From contig JAILFZ010000084.1 of NCBI GenBank assembly GCA_024697295.1, forward strand, positions 1-60,827: a stretch of 60,827 bases of DNA, in the 5' to 3' direction. Within the stretch, counting starts at the first letter, position 1. Every line of letters begins with the position of its first letter. This document shows positions 29,172 through 40,000 of this stretch, piece after piece. This DNA comes from Treponema sp. (GTDB lineage Bacteria; Spirochaetota; Spirochaetia; Treponematales; Treponemataceae). The notes below the pieces were generated by a model that worked only from the letters and a program-made list of their open reading frames with translations, was not told the origin of the DNA and made no database searches. Both the position numbers and the translations under genes were made by a program.

Positions 29172-29285
29172 TTAACCCTGTCTCTGCTTATGTTTTGGGT
29201 TTGAACAAATGATACGGACGATTCCGTTTCTTTTGATAACCTTACATTTGTCGCAGATGGGCTTTACGCTGGTTCGTACTTTCAT
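29172..29285 (-). CDS. rpmJ: 50S ribosomal protein L36 (below the ORF-track size cut-off)
   Basis: Translated by hand: [37 protein letters not shown]. Confidence 0.97.
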   Translation of the reverse strand: MKVRTSVKPICDKCKVIKRNGIVRIICSNPKHKQRQG

Positions 29286-29423
29286 AAAAGTCCCCCTGGG
29301 AATGTGTTGAACCCGAATCATGGCAATTCGCAATGAATTACAATTCGGGTTATAAAATATACCACATATTCCCTTGTTTGTTCTATAGAAATTTGTTAAA
29401 AACTTGCAAGAATTTGCAAAATT

Positions 29424-30758
29424 CTACAGATTTCTTGAACGTAATTTTCCCTTCTTAACAAGACCTTCTGAGTGATGCATTTTAAGAAGAGCTTCAATCT
29501 GGCTCATAGTATCCAAATCAACACCAACCAGGATTAACAAAGAAGTACCACCCATCAACATAGCAATTGACTGTGGGAACTTGAATGCAATCTGAATGAT
29601 TGTCGGTAATACAGCGATGGCTGCAAGATACAAAGAACCTGGCAACACGAGACGGTTCAAAACCTTCTGCATGTATTCTTCTGTTTTGTCGGTACGGATT
29701 CCAGGAATGGAACCACCGTTTTCACGAATGTTCTTTGCGATTTCTGTGGGGTTCAGTGTTACCTGTGTGTAGAAGTATGCAAAGAATACGATCAAAAGAA
29801 CCAATAAAACATTGTATGTTAAACCAGTTGGCTGAAGTAAATATGCCAGCTTAGAAACCCATCCTGCTGACGCACCACTTGAACCTACACTGGAAATAAT
29901 CTGGAGCGGGAAAGTCAAGAACGATGATGCAAAGATTACCGGAATAACTCCCGACGGATTAATTTTAAATGGAATATAAGTACTCTGTCCACCGTACATT
30001 TTTCGGCCAACTACGCGTTTAGCATAGTGAACTGGAATTTTACGTTCGCCGGACTGTTCATATACTACAAGTGCGATTATTCCAAAGAACATGAGAATAA
30101 CTACGATTACTGCAACTGCGTTGATTTCGTGGCTGCGAACTTTAGATACAAGTTCAATAACAGCATGTGGAAGACGAGCAACGATACCTGCGAAAATGAG
30201 AATTGAAATTCCGTTTCCGATACCGTGTGCTGTAATCTGATCACCGAGCCAAACTGTAATCATGGCACCAGTAGTAACAGTAAGCATTGCAAGCAGCTTA
30301 AATGCAAGCTGATTATCCAGAATCATTGCTCCTGGAATACTGTTTGCATAAACAGTTACAGCAAGGGACTGAATCAAACATACAAATACTGTACCAATTC
30401 TTGTCCAAGCTGCAAATTTGCGCTGACCTCCATCCTCCTGAACGATACGTTTAAGAGAAGGGAAGATAATCAGCGCAAGCTGCAAAATAATCTGTGTAGA
30501 GATGTATGGCATTACACCAAGCATGAACACAGAGAAATTTGAGAATGCACCACCGGCAAAGAAGTCCATATAACTAGCAAATGCGTTCTGACCGTTCTTC
30601 GCAAGGTCGTTGAAGTACTTTACGAGTGCTCCAGCGTTGATGCCAGGGATGGTAAGAACACATCCCAAGCGGTATATTGCGAGAATAGCCAAAGTAAAGA
30701 GCAGTCTGTTTCTAAGCTCTTTAATTCTAAACATATTTACAATCGGATTGTTTGCCAT
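29424..30758 (-). CDS. secY: Preprotein translocase SecY
   Basis: LGVMPYISTQII, GIGNGISILIFAGI, GVIPVIFASS and GGTSLLILVGV. Confidence 0.98.
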   Translation of the reverse strand: MANNPIVNMFRIKELRNRLLFTLAILAIYRLGCVLTIPGINAGALVKYFNDLAKNGQNAFASYMDFFAGGAFSNFSVFMLGVMPYISTQIILQLALIIFPSLKRIVQEDGGQRKFAAWTRIGTVFVCLIQSLAVTVYANSIPGAMILDNQLAFKLLAMLTVTTGAMITVWLGDQITAHGIGNGISILIFAGIVARLPHAVIELVSKVRSHEINAVAVIVVILMFFGIIALVVYEQSGERKIPVHYAKRVVGRKMYGGQSTYIPFKINPSGVIPVIFASSFLTFPLQIISSVGSSGASAGWVSKLAYLLQPTGLTYNVLLVLLIVFFAYFYTQVTLNPTEIAKNIRENGGSIPGIRTDKTEEYMQKVLNRLVLPGSLYLAAIAVLPTIIQIAFKFPQSIAMLMGGTSLLILVGVDLDTMSQIEALLKMHHSEGLVKKGKLRSRNL

Positions 30759-30779
30759 GTGTGTCTCCGGTACTTATTG

Positions 30780-31247
30780 TTATTTAGTTTCACTTTCAGC
30801 AGCAGTTTCTTTAACTGAACCACCGGCTTTTTCGATTTTGGCTTTTGCAGAAGCAGAAACCTTATCTACTGCAACGGTAAGTTTTTTAGTCAAATCACCT
30901 GTACCAAGAATCTTAACAGAAGCATCAATCTTGCTGATCAATCCTTTTGCCAAAAGTGATTCGTTGTTTACAGTGTCACCTGCTGAAAACTTTTCTTCAA
31001 GAAGAACAACATTCACTACTGAATATTCTTTCTTGAACGGGTAATTAGAGAAACCGCGGTGTGCAATACGACGGTACAAAGGCATCTGTCCACCTTCGAA
31101 ACCGATGTATGTTTTGCCACCAGAACGAGACTGCTGTCCCTTGTTTCCTTTTCCTGCAGTTGTTCCACGACCTGATGAAGAACCGCGGCCAACAATGCGT
31201 CTTTTCTTGTTAGCACCTTCTGGTGCGCTCAAAATAAAATCTGCCAT
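30780..31247 (-). CDS. rplO: 50S ribosomal protein L15
   Basis: GRGSSSGRGTTAGKG and FEGGQMPLYRR. Confidence 0.97.
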   Translation of the reverse strand: MADFILSAPEGANKKRRIVGRGSSSGRGTTAGKGNKGQQSRSGGKTYIGFEGGQMPLYRRIAHRGFSNYPFKKEYSVVNVVLLEEKFSAGDTVNNESLLAKGLISKIDASVKILGTGDLTKKLTVAVDKVSASAKAKIEKAGGSVKETAAESETK

Positions 31248-31432
31248 TATTTTACTTCCTCGATAGTAATCAGGTGTGATACAGCATCAGCCATTCCGAG
31301 AACAGCTGGAGTTGCTTCCAACACATTTGAAGAGTTGATCTTTTTAAGACCAAGACTGCGAACAGTTGCTACTTTTGCAGGTTTCTGTCCGATTGTACTT
31401 CTTACGAGAGTAACTTTAATTTTCTTAGCCAT
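31247..31432 (-). CDS. rpmD: 50S ribosomal protein L30
   Basis: KIKVTLVRSTIG...SLGLKK. Position between rpsE and rplO. Confidence 0.95.
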   Translation of the reverse strand: MAKKIKVTLVRSTIGQKPAKVATVRSLGLKKINSSNVLEATPAVLGMADAVSHLITIEEVK

Positions 31433-31434
31433 GA

Positions 31435-31950
31435 TTAACCCCACATTTCCTGCAGAGATTTACCTCTGTTAGCTGCAACAGCCTTTGCATCCATAAGATT
31501 TTCAAGAGCTGAGAATGTTGCACGTACTACATTGACTGGGCTTGATGATCCCAAAGACTTGGAAATAACGTCTGTTGCTCCAATTGCATCCATGATTGCA
31601 CGAACCGGACCACCTGCGATGATTCCAGTACCGGCACAAGCTGGTTTTAACAAGATTGAAGAACTCTTGTATTTTCCAAGCATTTCGTGTGGAAGAGTAC
31701 CATTCTTTACAGGAACTGTAATGAGGTTTCTCTTAGCCTTGTCAATGCTCTTTCTAATAGCTTCAGATACATCATTTGCTTTACCAAAACCGTATCCTAC
31801 GCGACCTTTTCCATCGCCTACAACTGTAAGAGCTGAGAATGACATACGGCGTCCACCTTTTACGGTTTTCGCTGTACGATTCAATCTTACGAGCTTTTCA
31901 ACGAATTCCTTCTGTTCTTTTTCTTTATCGAACTTATTCTGGCGTTCCAT
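31435..31950 (-). CDS. rpsE: 30S ribosomal protein S5
   Basis: RTAKTVKGGRRMSFSALTVVGD and GTGIIAGG. Confidence 0.97.
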   Translation of the reverse strand: MERQNKFDKEKEQKEFVEKLVRLNRTAKTVKGGRRMSFSALTVVGDGKGRVGYGFGKANDVSEAIRKSIDKAKRNLITVPVKNGTLPHEMLGKYKSSSILLKPACAGTGIIAGGPVRAIMDAIGATDVISKSLGSSSPVNVVRATFSALENLMDAKAVAANRGKSLQEMWG

Positions 31951-31958
31951 AGAGTCTC

Positions 31959-32321
31959 CTAGAAAATGATCCCGGCTTTACGAGTTCCATCTGCAAGGGC
32001 TTTTACAACACCATGATACAGATATCCGTTGCGGTCAAAAACTACAGTTGTAATTTTCTTGTCCTGAAGACGTTTTCCAAAAGCTTCACCGATTTTTGCG
32101 GCACCTTCTACATTAGGTTTGATGCCGGCAAATTCTTTTTCCAAAGTAGAAATAGAAGCCAATGTAACGCCTTCTTCATCATCAATTACCTGAGCGTAAA
32201 GATTACAGTTGCTGCGTGTTACAGTTAAACGTGGGCGAGCAGCTGTTCCGTAAATTGTCTTACGAATATGAACTTTACGATGCAGGCGCTTTCTTGCTTT
32301 ATCATTAAGTTTCTTAAACAT
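31959..32321 (-). CDS. rplR: 50S ribosomal protein L18
   Basis: [10 protein letters not shown] and [12 protein letters not shown]. Confidence 0.97.
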   Translation of the reverse strand: MFKKLNDKARKRLHRKVHIRKTIYGTAARPRLTVTRSNCNLYAQVIDDEEGVTLASISTLEKEFAGIKPNVEGAAKIGEAFGKRLQDKKITTVVFDRNGYLYHGVVKALADGTRKAGIIF

Positions 32322-32331
32322 ATGCTACACC

Positions 32332-32871
32332 TTATTTTACGCCGGTCTTTCCGACTTTGCGTCTAATTGTTTCGTTTTCATAGCGAATACCCTTTCCTTT
32401 GTAAGGTTCTGGCATACGCAATTTACGAATCTGAGAACTGAATTCTCCGACCAACTGTTTATCAATACCGGAAATTGTAACCTTACCGGCAGCATCAGCT
32501 GTAACAGTAAGTCCTTCCGGAATCAAAGCGATAAAGTCAGAAGAATAACCAAGGTTCATAACCAGATTCTTTCCCTGAACTTCAGCTCTGTAACCTACAC
32601 CATTGATTATAAGTGACTTGCTGAAACCAGCAGTAACACCTGTAACCATATTGTGGATCAAAGCGCGGTACAAACCATGAGCTGCACCAGCTGCTTTTGA
32701 TTCATCTACTGGTTTTACAGTAAGAGCTCCGTCTTTAACTTCTACAGTCACTTTGTCATTGATGTGCTGTTTAAGTTCACCTTTTGGTCCCTTAACTGAA
32801 ATTTCACCAGCGTTAACTGAAATTGTAACTCCTGCAGGAATTGTAACAGGAAGCTTACCAACTTTAGACAT
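32332..32871 (-). CDS. rplF: 50S ribosomal protein L6
   Basis: MSKVGKLPV, GVGYRA and PEPYKGKGIRY. Confidence 0.97.
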   Translation of the reverse strand: MSKVGKLPVTIPAGVTISVNAGEISVKGPKGELKQHINDKVTVEVKDGALTVKPVDESKAAGAAHGLYRALIHNMVTGVTAGFSKSLIINGVGYRAEVQGKNLVMNLGYSSDFIALIPEGLTVTADAAGKVTISGIDKQLVGEFSSQIRKLRMPEPYKGKGIRYENETIRRKVGKTGVK

Positions 32872-32883
32872 GTCTTCCTCCTA

Positions 32884-33282
32884 TTACCAAACTTTGCAAA
32901 CGAGTTCTCCGCCGATCATTTTTTCGCTTGCTTTCTTGCCGGTTGTTACACCAGAAGAAGTTGAAACGATCAATGTACCGTATCCGTTAAGAACACGCGG
33001 CAGATCTTTATAACCTGAATAAATGCGGCGGCCTGGTGTTGAGATTTTTTCAATACCATGAATAACCGGAGCATTAACTTCGTCGTATTTCAAGAAAATA
33101 CGAATGATCGAACGACCTTCTTCCTGTACTTTCTTGAAGTTCTTAATATAACCTTCTGTTTTAAGGATCTTAACAATTTCAAGCTTGAGTTTAGATGTAG
33201 CAACATCTACTTTCTCGTGGCGAGCCTGAACAGCGTTGCGAACCTTAGTAAGCATATCTGCTATTGGGTCTGATGCACTCAT
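32884..33282 (-). CDS. rpsH: 30S ribosomal protein S8
   Basis: [22 protein letters not shown] and GGELVCKVW. Confidence 0.97.
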   Translation of the reverse strand: MSASDPIADMLTKVRNAVQARHEKVDVATSKLKLEIVKILKTEGYIKNFKKVQEEGRSIIRIFLKYDEVNAPVIHGIEKISTPGRRIYSGYKDLPRVLNGYGTLIVSTSSGVTTGKKASEKMIGGELVCKVW

Positions 33283-33295
33283 TCTACTTCCTCCA

Positions 33296-33481
33296 CTACC
33301 AACTTGATTTTGTTACGCCTGGTAAAAGGCCTTCGCTTGCCAACTTGCGGAAGCAGACACGACACATCTTAAACTTACGCAAATATCCGCGTGGACGTCC
33401 ACAAATCTGACATCTGTTATAGCTGCGAGTGCTATAGCGAGGTGTACGATTTGCTTTGATAATCATTGATTTCTTAGCCAT
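33296..33481 (-). CDS. rpsN: 30S ribosomal protein S14, short Zn-binding type
   Basis: RCQICGRPR...CRVCFR...PGVTKSSW. Confidence 0.97.
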   Translation of the reverse strand: MAKKSMIIKANRTPRYSTRSYNRCQICGRPRGYLRKFKMCRVCFRKLASEGLLPGVTKSSW

Positions 33482-33491
33482 GATTCCTCAC

Positions 33492-34043
33492 CTACTTTCT
33501 GAAAGGCATTCCGAACTTGGTAAGCAATGCACGACCTTCAGCATCTGTGCGAGCGCTTGTTACAATCGAGATGTTCATACCAGCAATCTTTACGATTTTA
33601 TCGAAGTCGATTTCTGGAAAGATAATCTGTTCTGTAATACCAAGAGAGAAATTTCCGTGTCCGTCAAAACCTGTTGCTTTGATTCCGCGGAAATCCTTAA
33701 CACGAGGTAATGCCACATTGATAAGGCGGTCCAAAAATTCATACATAATTGTTCCGCGCAATGTAACCATTACACCAACTTCATTGCCCTCACGAAGTTT
33801 AAAGTTAGCAATACTCTTCTTAGCCTTAGTCTTAACAGCGTGCTGTCCAGTAATCTGAGTCAAATCAGTTACTGCGGCGTCAAGGAGTTTCTTGTTAGTG
33901 AGAGCTTCGCCAACACCCATGCTTACTACTACTTTTTTGATAGCAGGAATCTGCATTACGGATGTGTATCCGAGTTCTTTAAAGAGCTCTGGTGCGATAG
34001 TGTCCTTATAGACTTTCTTAAGCCGTGGTACGTACTTATCCAT
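33492..34043 (-). CDS. rplE: 50S ribosomal protein L5
   Basis: [11 protein letters not shown] and LPRVKDFRG. Start ATG 34043 overlaps the rplX stop. Confidence 0.97.
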   Translation of the reverse strand: MDKYVPRLKKVYKDTIAPELFKELGYTSVMQIPAIKKVVVSMGVGEALTNKKLLDAAVTDLTQITGQHAVKTKAKKSIANFKLREGNEVGVMVTLRGTIMYEFLDRLINVALPRVKDFRGIKATGFDGHGNFSLGITEQIIFPEIDFDKIVKIAGMNISIVTSARTDAEGRALLTKFGMPFRK

Positions 34044-34357
34044 TACAGTGCTTCTCCACACTTGCGGCAAACGCGAATTTTCTTGTCGCCGCTAATTTTA
34101 TAGCCAATTTTTGTCGGACCGCATTTCTTACATACGATCGCAACGTTTGAAATATTCAGCGGAGCTTCAATCTCAACGATTCCGCCCTGATCCTGCTGTG
34201 TGCGCTTTCTCATGGCCTTTTTAACCATGTTTACGCCAGATACAATAACAGCATCCTTTTTAGCGATTACGCGTACAACAGTTCCACGCTTACCTTTGTC
34301 TTTTCCAGCGATTACCTGTACAGTATCGTCTTTACGGATTTTAAATTTCTTTTCCAT
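34043..34357 (-). CDS. rplX: 50S ribosomal protein L24
   Basis: KOW motif [15 protein letters not shown] and EAPLNISNV. Confidence 0.97.
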   Translation of the reverse strand: MEKKFKIRKDDTVQVIAGKDKGKRGTVVRVIAKKDAVIVSGVNMVKKAMRKRTQQDQGGIVEIEAPLNISNVAIVCKKCGPTKIGYKISGDKKIRVCRKCGEAL

Positions 34358-34369
34358 ATTCAATACTCC

Positions 34370-34738
34370 TTACAGAACCTCTGGAGCAAGTGATACAATC
34401 TTCATAAAGTCCATATCACGAAGCTCGCGTGCTACAGGTCCGAAAATACGTTTTCCTTTTGGGTTTTTATCAGCATCAACGAGAACGCAAGCGTTGTCAT
34501 CGAAACGAATATAAGTTCCATCAGGACGGCGGTATTCTTTCGATACACGAACGATTACAGCCTTTTCTACTGAACCTTCTTTAATTGTAGATGTAGGAAT
34601 GGCTTCCTTAACAGCTACAACAACAATGTCACCGATTCCGGCATAACGGCGATGTGAGCCACCGAGAACCTTGATTACCTGAACAAGTTTGGCACCAGAG
34701 TTATCAGCAACATTCAATTTTGATTGCATCTGCAGCAT
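34370..34738 (-). CDS. rplN: 50S ribosomal protein L14
   Basis: [15 protein letters not shown] and SLAPEVL. Confidence 0.98.
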   Translation of the reverse strand: MLQMQSKLNVADNSGAKLVQVIKVLGGSHRRYAGIGDIVVVAVKEAIPTSTIKEGSVEKAVIVRVSKEYRRPDGTYIRFDDNACVLVDADKNPKGKRIFGPVARELRDMDFMKIVSLAPEVL

Positions 34739-34755
34739 TTTCTAACTCCTTAAGC

Positions 34756-35031
34756 CTAACGTGCTCTTTCAATTACTTCTGCAAGTCTCCAGCATTTATC
34801 TTTGCTGATTGGACTGCATTCAATGATGCGAACTGTGTCACCAATGTGTGCATCGTTCTTTTCATCATGTGCCTTACACTTCTTAGTACGTGTAACATAT
34901 TTCTTATAAAGTGGATCCATTCGCTTTGTGTTGATTGAAACAACGATGGTTTTATCCATTTTGTCGCTTGTTACGATACCAACAAATGAGCGTTTAGCTC
35001 CCTTTTTAGTCTGAACTTCCTGTTCTGCCAC
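34756..35031 (-). CDS. rpsQ: 30S ribosomal protein S17
   Basis: [10 protein letters not shown] and KAHDEKN. GTG start. Confidence 0.97.
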   Translation of the reverse strand: MAEQEVQTKKGAKRSFVGIVTSDKMDKTIVVSINTKRMDPLYKKYVTRTKKCKAHDEKNDAHIGDTVRIIECSPISKDKCWRLAEVIERAR

Positions 35032-35041
35032 GGGTCAGCTC

Positions 35042-35254
35042 CTACTTAGTCTGTCCGGCAATTTCTTTTGCACGGATGAGCGTATTGAGAGCCGCAATTT
35101 CGCGGCGCATTGTACGCTTCTGCATCGGGTTATCTACATGGCCCATTACCATCTGGAAACGGAGATCCATGTATTTTTGTTTCATGTCATTGCGTTCAGC
35201 TACCAACTCAGCGTAAGACATTTCTTTAACATTCTTTTTCTTTGAATTAGCCAT
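35042..35254 (-). CDS. rpmC: 50S ribosomal protein L29
   Basis: LRFQ...NP..RREIA. Canonical position. Confidence 0.95.
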   Translation of the reverse strand: MANSKKKNVKEMSYAELVAERNDMKQKYMDLRFQMVMGHVDNPMQKRTMRREIAALNTLIRAKEIAGQTK

Positions 35255-35264
35255 ATCTTACTCC

Positions 35265-35681
35265 TTAGTCAATTGTTGGTTTGAATGCAATCTTTGTTCT
35301 GATTGGGAGCTTAGCAGCTGCAAGCGTAAGAGCTTCTTCTGCAAGCTTAATGTCAATTTCACCAACTTCAAACAGGATTACACCTGGTTTAATGTTTGCA
35401 GCCCAGAATTCTGGAGAACCTTTACCCTTACCCATGCGGACTTCCGATGGTTTTTTAGTAATAGGTTTGTCTGGGAATACACGCAACCATACTTTACCTT
35501 TACGCTCAAGTTTGCGGTTAATAGCAACACGAGCTGCTTCGATATGGCGAGCCTGAAGCCAAACTGGTTCAAGTGCTACGAGAGCGATCTTACCAAAATC
35601 GATATTGTTTGCACGTGTAGCGTTTCCTTTAACTTTACCGCGCTGTACCTTACGGTGAATAACTCTTTTAGGACTAAGCAT
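35265..35681 (-). CDS. rplP: 50S ribosomal protein L16
   Basis: MLSPKR, RVFPDKP and RMGKGKGSPE. Confidence 0.97.
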   Translation of the reverse strand: MLSPKRVIHRKVQRGKVKGNATRANNIDFGKIALVALEPVWLQARHIEAARVAINRKLERKGKVWLRVFPDKPITKKPSEVRMGKGKGSPEFWAANIKPGVILFEVGEIDIKLAEEALTLAAAKLPIRTKIAFKPTID

Positions 35682-35686
35682 TTACG

Positions 35687-36433
35687 TTACTCCTTTGAAG
35701 AATCTGCGCGAGCAGGGCGTTTAGCTTTTGAACCGTCAGCCTGACCACGATTCTGTCTTGGTCTGCGAACAAGCTGTCCAGCATCTTCATTCTTTTCATG
35801 ACCGTAGTTCATTCCGTTGTAAACCCATACTTTAATACCGATTTTACCGTATGTTGTATGAGCTTCGAATGTACCGTAATCGATGTCTGCACGGAGAGTA
35901 TGGAGAGGAACACGTCCTTCCTTATGCTCTTCTGAGCGACTCATATCGGCACCACCGAGACGTCCTGACAAACGAATCTTGATTCCCTGTGCTCCGCCTT
36001 TCATAGCGTTTGATGAAGCCTGTTTGAGGGCCTTGCGGAATGAACCGCGTCCTGCAAGCTGGCGTCCAACATTCTGTGCAATAAGTGACGCATTGATGTC
36101 GGCACGTTTAACTTCCTTGATCTTAATCTGAACTTTCTTAGTCAACTGTGCCTGGATTTCTGCGCTAATCTTTTCGATATTTGCACCTTTCTGTCCAATA
36201 ATAACACCTGGGCGTGCTGTGTGAATTACAATTGTAACACGCTGAGGGTGACGAATAATTTCGATTTCTGCAATGTCTGCATTCTGGCATTCTGGTAAAG
36301 CTGTTACCATCTTGCGGATTTTAATATCTTCAAGAACCAGGTCTGCATAGTCACGAGGACCTGCATACCAGCGAGACTGCCAAGTCTTGTTAATTCCAAG
36401 ACGCAAACCGATAGGATTTACTTTCTGACCCAC
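35687..36433 (-). CDS. rpsC: 30S ribosomal protein S3
   Basis: [12 protein letters not shown] and [17 protein letters not shown] start at 36433. Confidence 0.97.
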   Translation of the reverse strand: MGQKVNPIGLRLGINKTWQSRWYAGPRDYADLVLEDIKIRKMVTALPECQNADIAEIEIIRHPQRVTIVIHTARPGVIIGQKGANIEKISAEIQAQLTKKVQIKIKEVKRADINASLIAQNVGRQLAGRGSFRKALKQASSNAMKGGAQGIKIRLSGRLGGADMSRSEEHKEGRVPLHTLRADIDYGTFEAHTTYGKIGIKVWVYNGMNYGHEKNEDAGQLVRRPRQNRGQADGSKAKRPARADSSKE

Positions 36434-36434
36434 T

Positions 36435-36791
36435 TTATTCCCCCGCCTTCTCGTCAACAATGACGGTGATATGACACATACGCTTTAAGAGCTGATCTGC
36501 ACGGCCGCGGGCGCGGAACCATACTCTCTTAAGTCTTGGACCTTCGTCAATGCGAATTTCCTTAACATAAAGCGAATCTTCATCAAGTTTCTTGTTAGCA
36601 TACAAAGCGTTTGCAACAGCTGATTTAAGAGTACCTTTAATCAACTCTGCACCCTTCTGTGGCATGTTATCAAGAATTGCCATAGCCTCAGAGCAAGACT
36701 TCTGATTGATTACATGAGCTACAGGGCGAACCTTTGTAGGAGATGCAATCAGGAATTTTGTAGTGGCTACATAACCTTTATTTTCTGCCAT
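36435..36791 (-). CDS. rplV: 50S ribosomal protein L22
   Basis: [14 protein letters not shown] and RARGRA. Confidence 0.97.
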   Translation of the reverse strand: MAENKGYVATTKFLIASPTKVRPVAHVINQKSCSEAMAILDNMPQKGAELIKGTLKSAVANALYANKKLDEDSLYVKEIRIDEGPRLKRVWFRARGRADQLLKRMCHITVIVDEKAGE

Positions 36792-36802
36792 CGTATCCAC
36801 CT

Positions 36803-37084
36803 TTACTTAGCACCAGCGCCTTTGTCTGTGCCGCCATGTCCCTTGAACGTACGAGTTGGAGCAAATTCGCCGAGCTTGTGGCCAACGAGATTTTCAGTAA
36901 CGTATACAGGAATCCATGACTTACCATTGTAAACACTGATTGTGTTTCCAACCATTTCTGGAATGATTGTAGAGCAGCGAGAATATGTTTTGATCATTTT
37001 CTTGTCTGACTCTTTATTCATTTCAATTACTTTCTTGTAAAGACTCTTTTCAATAAAAGGTCCTTTCTTAACTGATCTTGACAT
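36803..37084 (-). CDS. rpsS: 30S ribosomal protein S19
   Basis: [10 protein letters not shown] and [11 protein letters not shown]. Confidence 0.98.
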   Translation of the reverse strand: MSRSVKKGPFIEKSLYKKVIEMNKESDKKMIKTYSRCSTIIPEMVGNTISVYNGKSWIPVYVTENLVGHKLGEFAPTRTFKGHGGTDKGAGAK

Positions 37085-37099
37085 TGTTAACTACTCCTA

Positions 37100-37924
37100 C
37101 TACTTCTTACGGCGTGAAACAATGAAACGGTTAGAAGGCTTTCTCTTATTGCGAGTCTTATAACCTCTACAAGGCTGACCCCAAGGAGTAACTGGGTTAC
37201 GTCCTTTACCAGCACCTTCACCACCACCAAGTGGATGATCAACTGGGTTCATAGCCATACCACGTACGGTAGGTCTAATACCGAGCCAGCGGTTGCGTCC
37301 GGCTTTACCAAGCTGAGTGTTCATACGATCTTCGTTTCCAACTACACCGATTGTTGCATAGCATTTACCAAGAACACGGCGTGTTTCACTTGAAGGAAGA
37401 CGAATGATTACATATTCACCATCTTTAGCTGCTACAAGAGCAGATGCACCGGCAGAGCGGGCAAGCTGTCCACCGCGGCCAAGTGTAAGTTCGATATTGT
37501 GAACTGTAAATCCTACAGGAATAGCTTCAAGAGGAAGTGCATTTCCAACAGTTGGAGCTGCATTTTCGCCAGACATGATTTTCTGTCCGACTACAAGACC
37601 TTTTGGAGCGATAATATAGCGTTTTTCGCCGTCTGCATAATAGATCAAAGCGATGTTAGCACTGCGGTTTGGATCATATTCGATTGAACGAACAGTTCCA
37701 GGAATACCGTGCTTATTGCGCTTGAAATCAATTACGCGATACTTTCTTTTGTGTCCGCCGCCCTGATGACGTACAGAAATACGTCCACCAGCACCGCGAC
37801 CACCGTTTGATTTAAGACCTGATACCAGACTTTTTTCGGGTTTATCGGTTGTCAGTTCTTCTCTTACCAAATCAATACGGGTACGTGTACCTGCTGTATA
37901 TGGTTTAAAAACTTTAAGAGCCAT
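37100..37924 (-). CDS. rplB: 50S ribosomal protein L2
   Basis: [17 protein letters not shown] and [17 protein letters not shown]. Confidence 0.98.
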   Translation of the reverse strand: MALKVFKPYTAGTRTRIDLVREELTTDKPEKSLVSGLKSNGGRGAGGRISVRHQGGGHKRKYRVIDFKRNKHGIPGTVRSIEYDPNRSANIALIYYADGEKRYIIAPKGLVVGQKIMSGENAAPTVGNALPLEAIPVGFTVHNIELTLGRGGQLARSAGASALVAAKDGEYVIIRLPSSETRRVLGKCYATIGVVGNEDRMNTQLGKAGRNRWLGIRPTVRGMAMNPVDHPLGGGEGAGKGRNPVTPWGQPCRGYKTRNKRKPSNRFIVSRRKK

Positions 37925-37949
37925 CTGGTTCCCCTTAATTTACGAAGGC

Positions 37950-38237
37950 TTATACGCCTTCGAATACCTTAATTGTTTCACCTGGAGCAACTCTAACGAT
38001 TGCTTTTTTCCAGTCGGCTGTCTTTCCTGGTTTACCACGGAGACGTTTTTCTTTGCCGAGAACATTTACAGTTGTGATTTTAACAACTGTAACTCCGAAG
38101 AGTTTTGATACTGCTTCTTTAATCTGTGTTTTGCTTGCTGAAGGCTGTACTTTGAATACATATTTTCCTTCTTCACGCAAAGCAGTTGCTTTTTCTGACA
38201 GTACTGGCTCAATAAGAACATCATTCAAACTTGTCAT
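37950..38237 (-). CDS. rplW: 50S ribosomal protein L23
   Basis: PVLSEKA, YVFKV and WKKAIV. Confidence 0.97.
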   Translation of the reverse strand: MTSLNDVLIEPVLSEKATALREEGKYVFKVQPSASKTQIKEAVSKLFGVTVVKITTVNVLGKEKRLRGKPGKTADWKKAIVRVAPGETIKVFEGV

Positions 38238-38872
38238 TATTTAGCCTCCTCTTCTTTATAGAATTCTGAAAGATTTTTAGCTGCTGATTCGAGCATGATA
38301 ACTTTTCTTCCGTAGAAGAGGTCATGTGCACGAAGGCGGTTGTATGACAAGAAGTAAACATTGTGGATATTGCGTCCAGCCTGTTTAATTTTTGCATCGT
38401 TATCTTTAAGAATGATGACTGTGCGTTCGTCCTTAGCAAAGTTGTTAAGGATTTTTACCAAGTCTTTTGTTTTTCCGCTTTCAACAGTGAAATCTTCAAC
38501 AACAGTAAGTCTGTCGCTCTGTGCCTGAAGGCTCAGGATTGATTTCATTGCAAGGCGTTTTACCTTTTTAGGAAGTGCATAGCTGAAGTCGCGTGGTTTT
38601 GGTCCAAAAATTGTACCGCCGCCAACATTGATTGGAGACTTTTTATCACCACGACGAGCATGTCCTGTGCCCTTCTGCTTGTACGGTTTTGCGTTAGATC
38701 CGTGTACTTCAGAACGAGTCTTTGTACATGCTGTTCCAACACGTTTATTTGCTAATTCGTTATTGATGGCATAATAAATAACATCTTCATTTACTGGAAG
38801 TCCGAAAATGCTATCATCAAGCGTAATAGTGCGCAGTTCTTTACCATCGGTTGAAAAAACTTTCTTATCCAT
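38237..38872 (-). CDS. rplD: 50S ribosomal protein L4
   Basis: TKTRSEVHG, KPYKQKGTGHARRG and FGPKPRD. Confidence 0.97.
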   Translation of the reverse strand: MDKKVFSTDGKELRTITLDDSIFGLPVNEDVIYYAINNELANKRVGTACTKTRSEVHGSNAKPYKQKGTGHARRGDKKSPINVGGGTIFGPKPRDFSYALPKKVKRLAMKSILSLQAQSDRLTVVEDFTVESGKTKDLVKILNNFAKDERTVIILKDNDAKIKQAGRNIHNVYFLSYNRLRAHDLFYGRKVIMLESAAKNLSEFYKEEEAK

Positions 38873-38889
38873 TTCTCATTTCCTCCGGA

Positions 38890-39510
38890 TTATTTCTTTA
38901 CTGCGGACTTGATTATAAGTGTGCAGTCTTTAACTCCTGGAACTGCTCCACGTACCATAATAACCTTAAGTTCAGGATCAATCTTAACGATTTTGAGGTT
39001 CTGAACAGTTACACGTTCAAAGCCCATGCGGCCAGGCAACTTAATATTTTTTACACTGTGTCCCGGTGTAGTACAGTTTCCTGTTCCACCTGGTTCACGA
39101 TGAAATTTTGAACCGTGAGTTGCACGTCCACCATGGAAGCCCCAGCGTTTCATAACACCCTGGAATCCCTTACCTTTTGAGGTTGCTGTAACATCGAGAT
39201 AAGATGTTGATTCAAACAACTCAAGACCAATCTGATCACCGATTTTTACTTCTTTTTCGAATTCTCTAAATTCTTTCAAATGACGTTTCGGTGAAACATT
39301 TTCAGGAAACTGACCTTTGTAAGCTTTGTTAACTTTTGATTCTTTAACATCTTCGATGCCAAGAACAACAGCATCGTAGCCGTTAGCTTCCTTTGTTTTT
39401 GTAGCAACAACTGTATTCGGTTCTACATGGATCACGGTTACTGGTGTCAGCTCGCCGTTGTCGTCGAATACCTGTGTCATTCCTACTTTTTTTGCAATCA
39501 GACCTTTCAT
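38890..39510 (-). CDS. rplC: 50S ribosomal protein L3
   Basis: KKVGMTQVF, KGKGFQGVMKRW and PGRMG. Confidence 0.97.
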   Translation of the reverse strand: MKGLIAKKVGMTQVFDDNGELTPVTVIHVEPNTVVATKTKEANGYDAVVLGIEDVKESKVNKAYKGQFPENVSPKRHLKEFREFEKEVKIGDQIGLELFESTSYLDVTATSKGKGFQGVMKRWGFHGGRATHGSKFHREPGGTGNCTTPGHSVKNIKLPGRMGFERVTVQNLKIVKIDPELKVIMVRGAVPGVKDCTLIIKSAVKK

Positions 39511-39631
39511 TCTGATATTTCTCCTATAAGAAGAAAACGCCCGTTTTCTTCTTCATCGGCCGCCATCCCTGATCCAAGGGACCGTTACCGTTTTTTTCAG
39601 TAAGTTTTAGTTGCGACGCAACCTAAAATCC

Positions 39632-39940
39632 TTACTGTTTAATTTCTACGTCTACACCGGCAGGCAATTCAAGTTTCATCAAAGAATCCATAACATCTGC
39701 TGTTGGATTCAAGATGTCAATAAGACGTTTGTGAGTTCTCATTTCAAACTGTTCACGAGACTTTTTGTTAACGTGTGGTGAACGAAGAACTGTTACCTTA
39801 TTGATTCTTGTAGGAAGTGGAACTGGTCCTGAAACCTTAGCTCCAGCTTTCTGTACTGTCTGTACGATGGCTTTTGCGCTCTGATCGATCAGCTCTACAT
39901 CAAATGCACGAAGTCTGACACGAATTTTTCCGTTAGCCAT
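39632..39940 (-). CDS. rpsJ: 30S ribosomal protein S10
   Basis: GPVPLPT and [14 protein letters not shown]. Confidence 0.98.
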   Translation of the reverse strand: MANGKIRVRLRAFDVELIDQSAKAIVQTVQKAGAKVSGPVPLPTRINKVTVLRSPHVNKKSREQFEMRTHKRLIDILNPTADVMDSLMKLELPAGVDVEIKQ

Positions 39941-40000
39941 TATATTCTCCAATAACAGAGATGCGGCTTTTCACCGCATCCCTGCAATTTACGATTAAAA

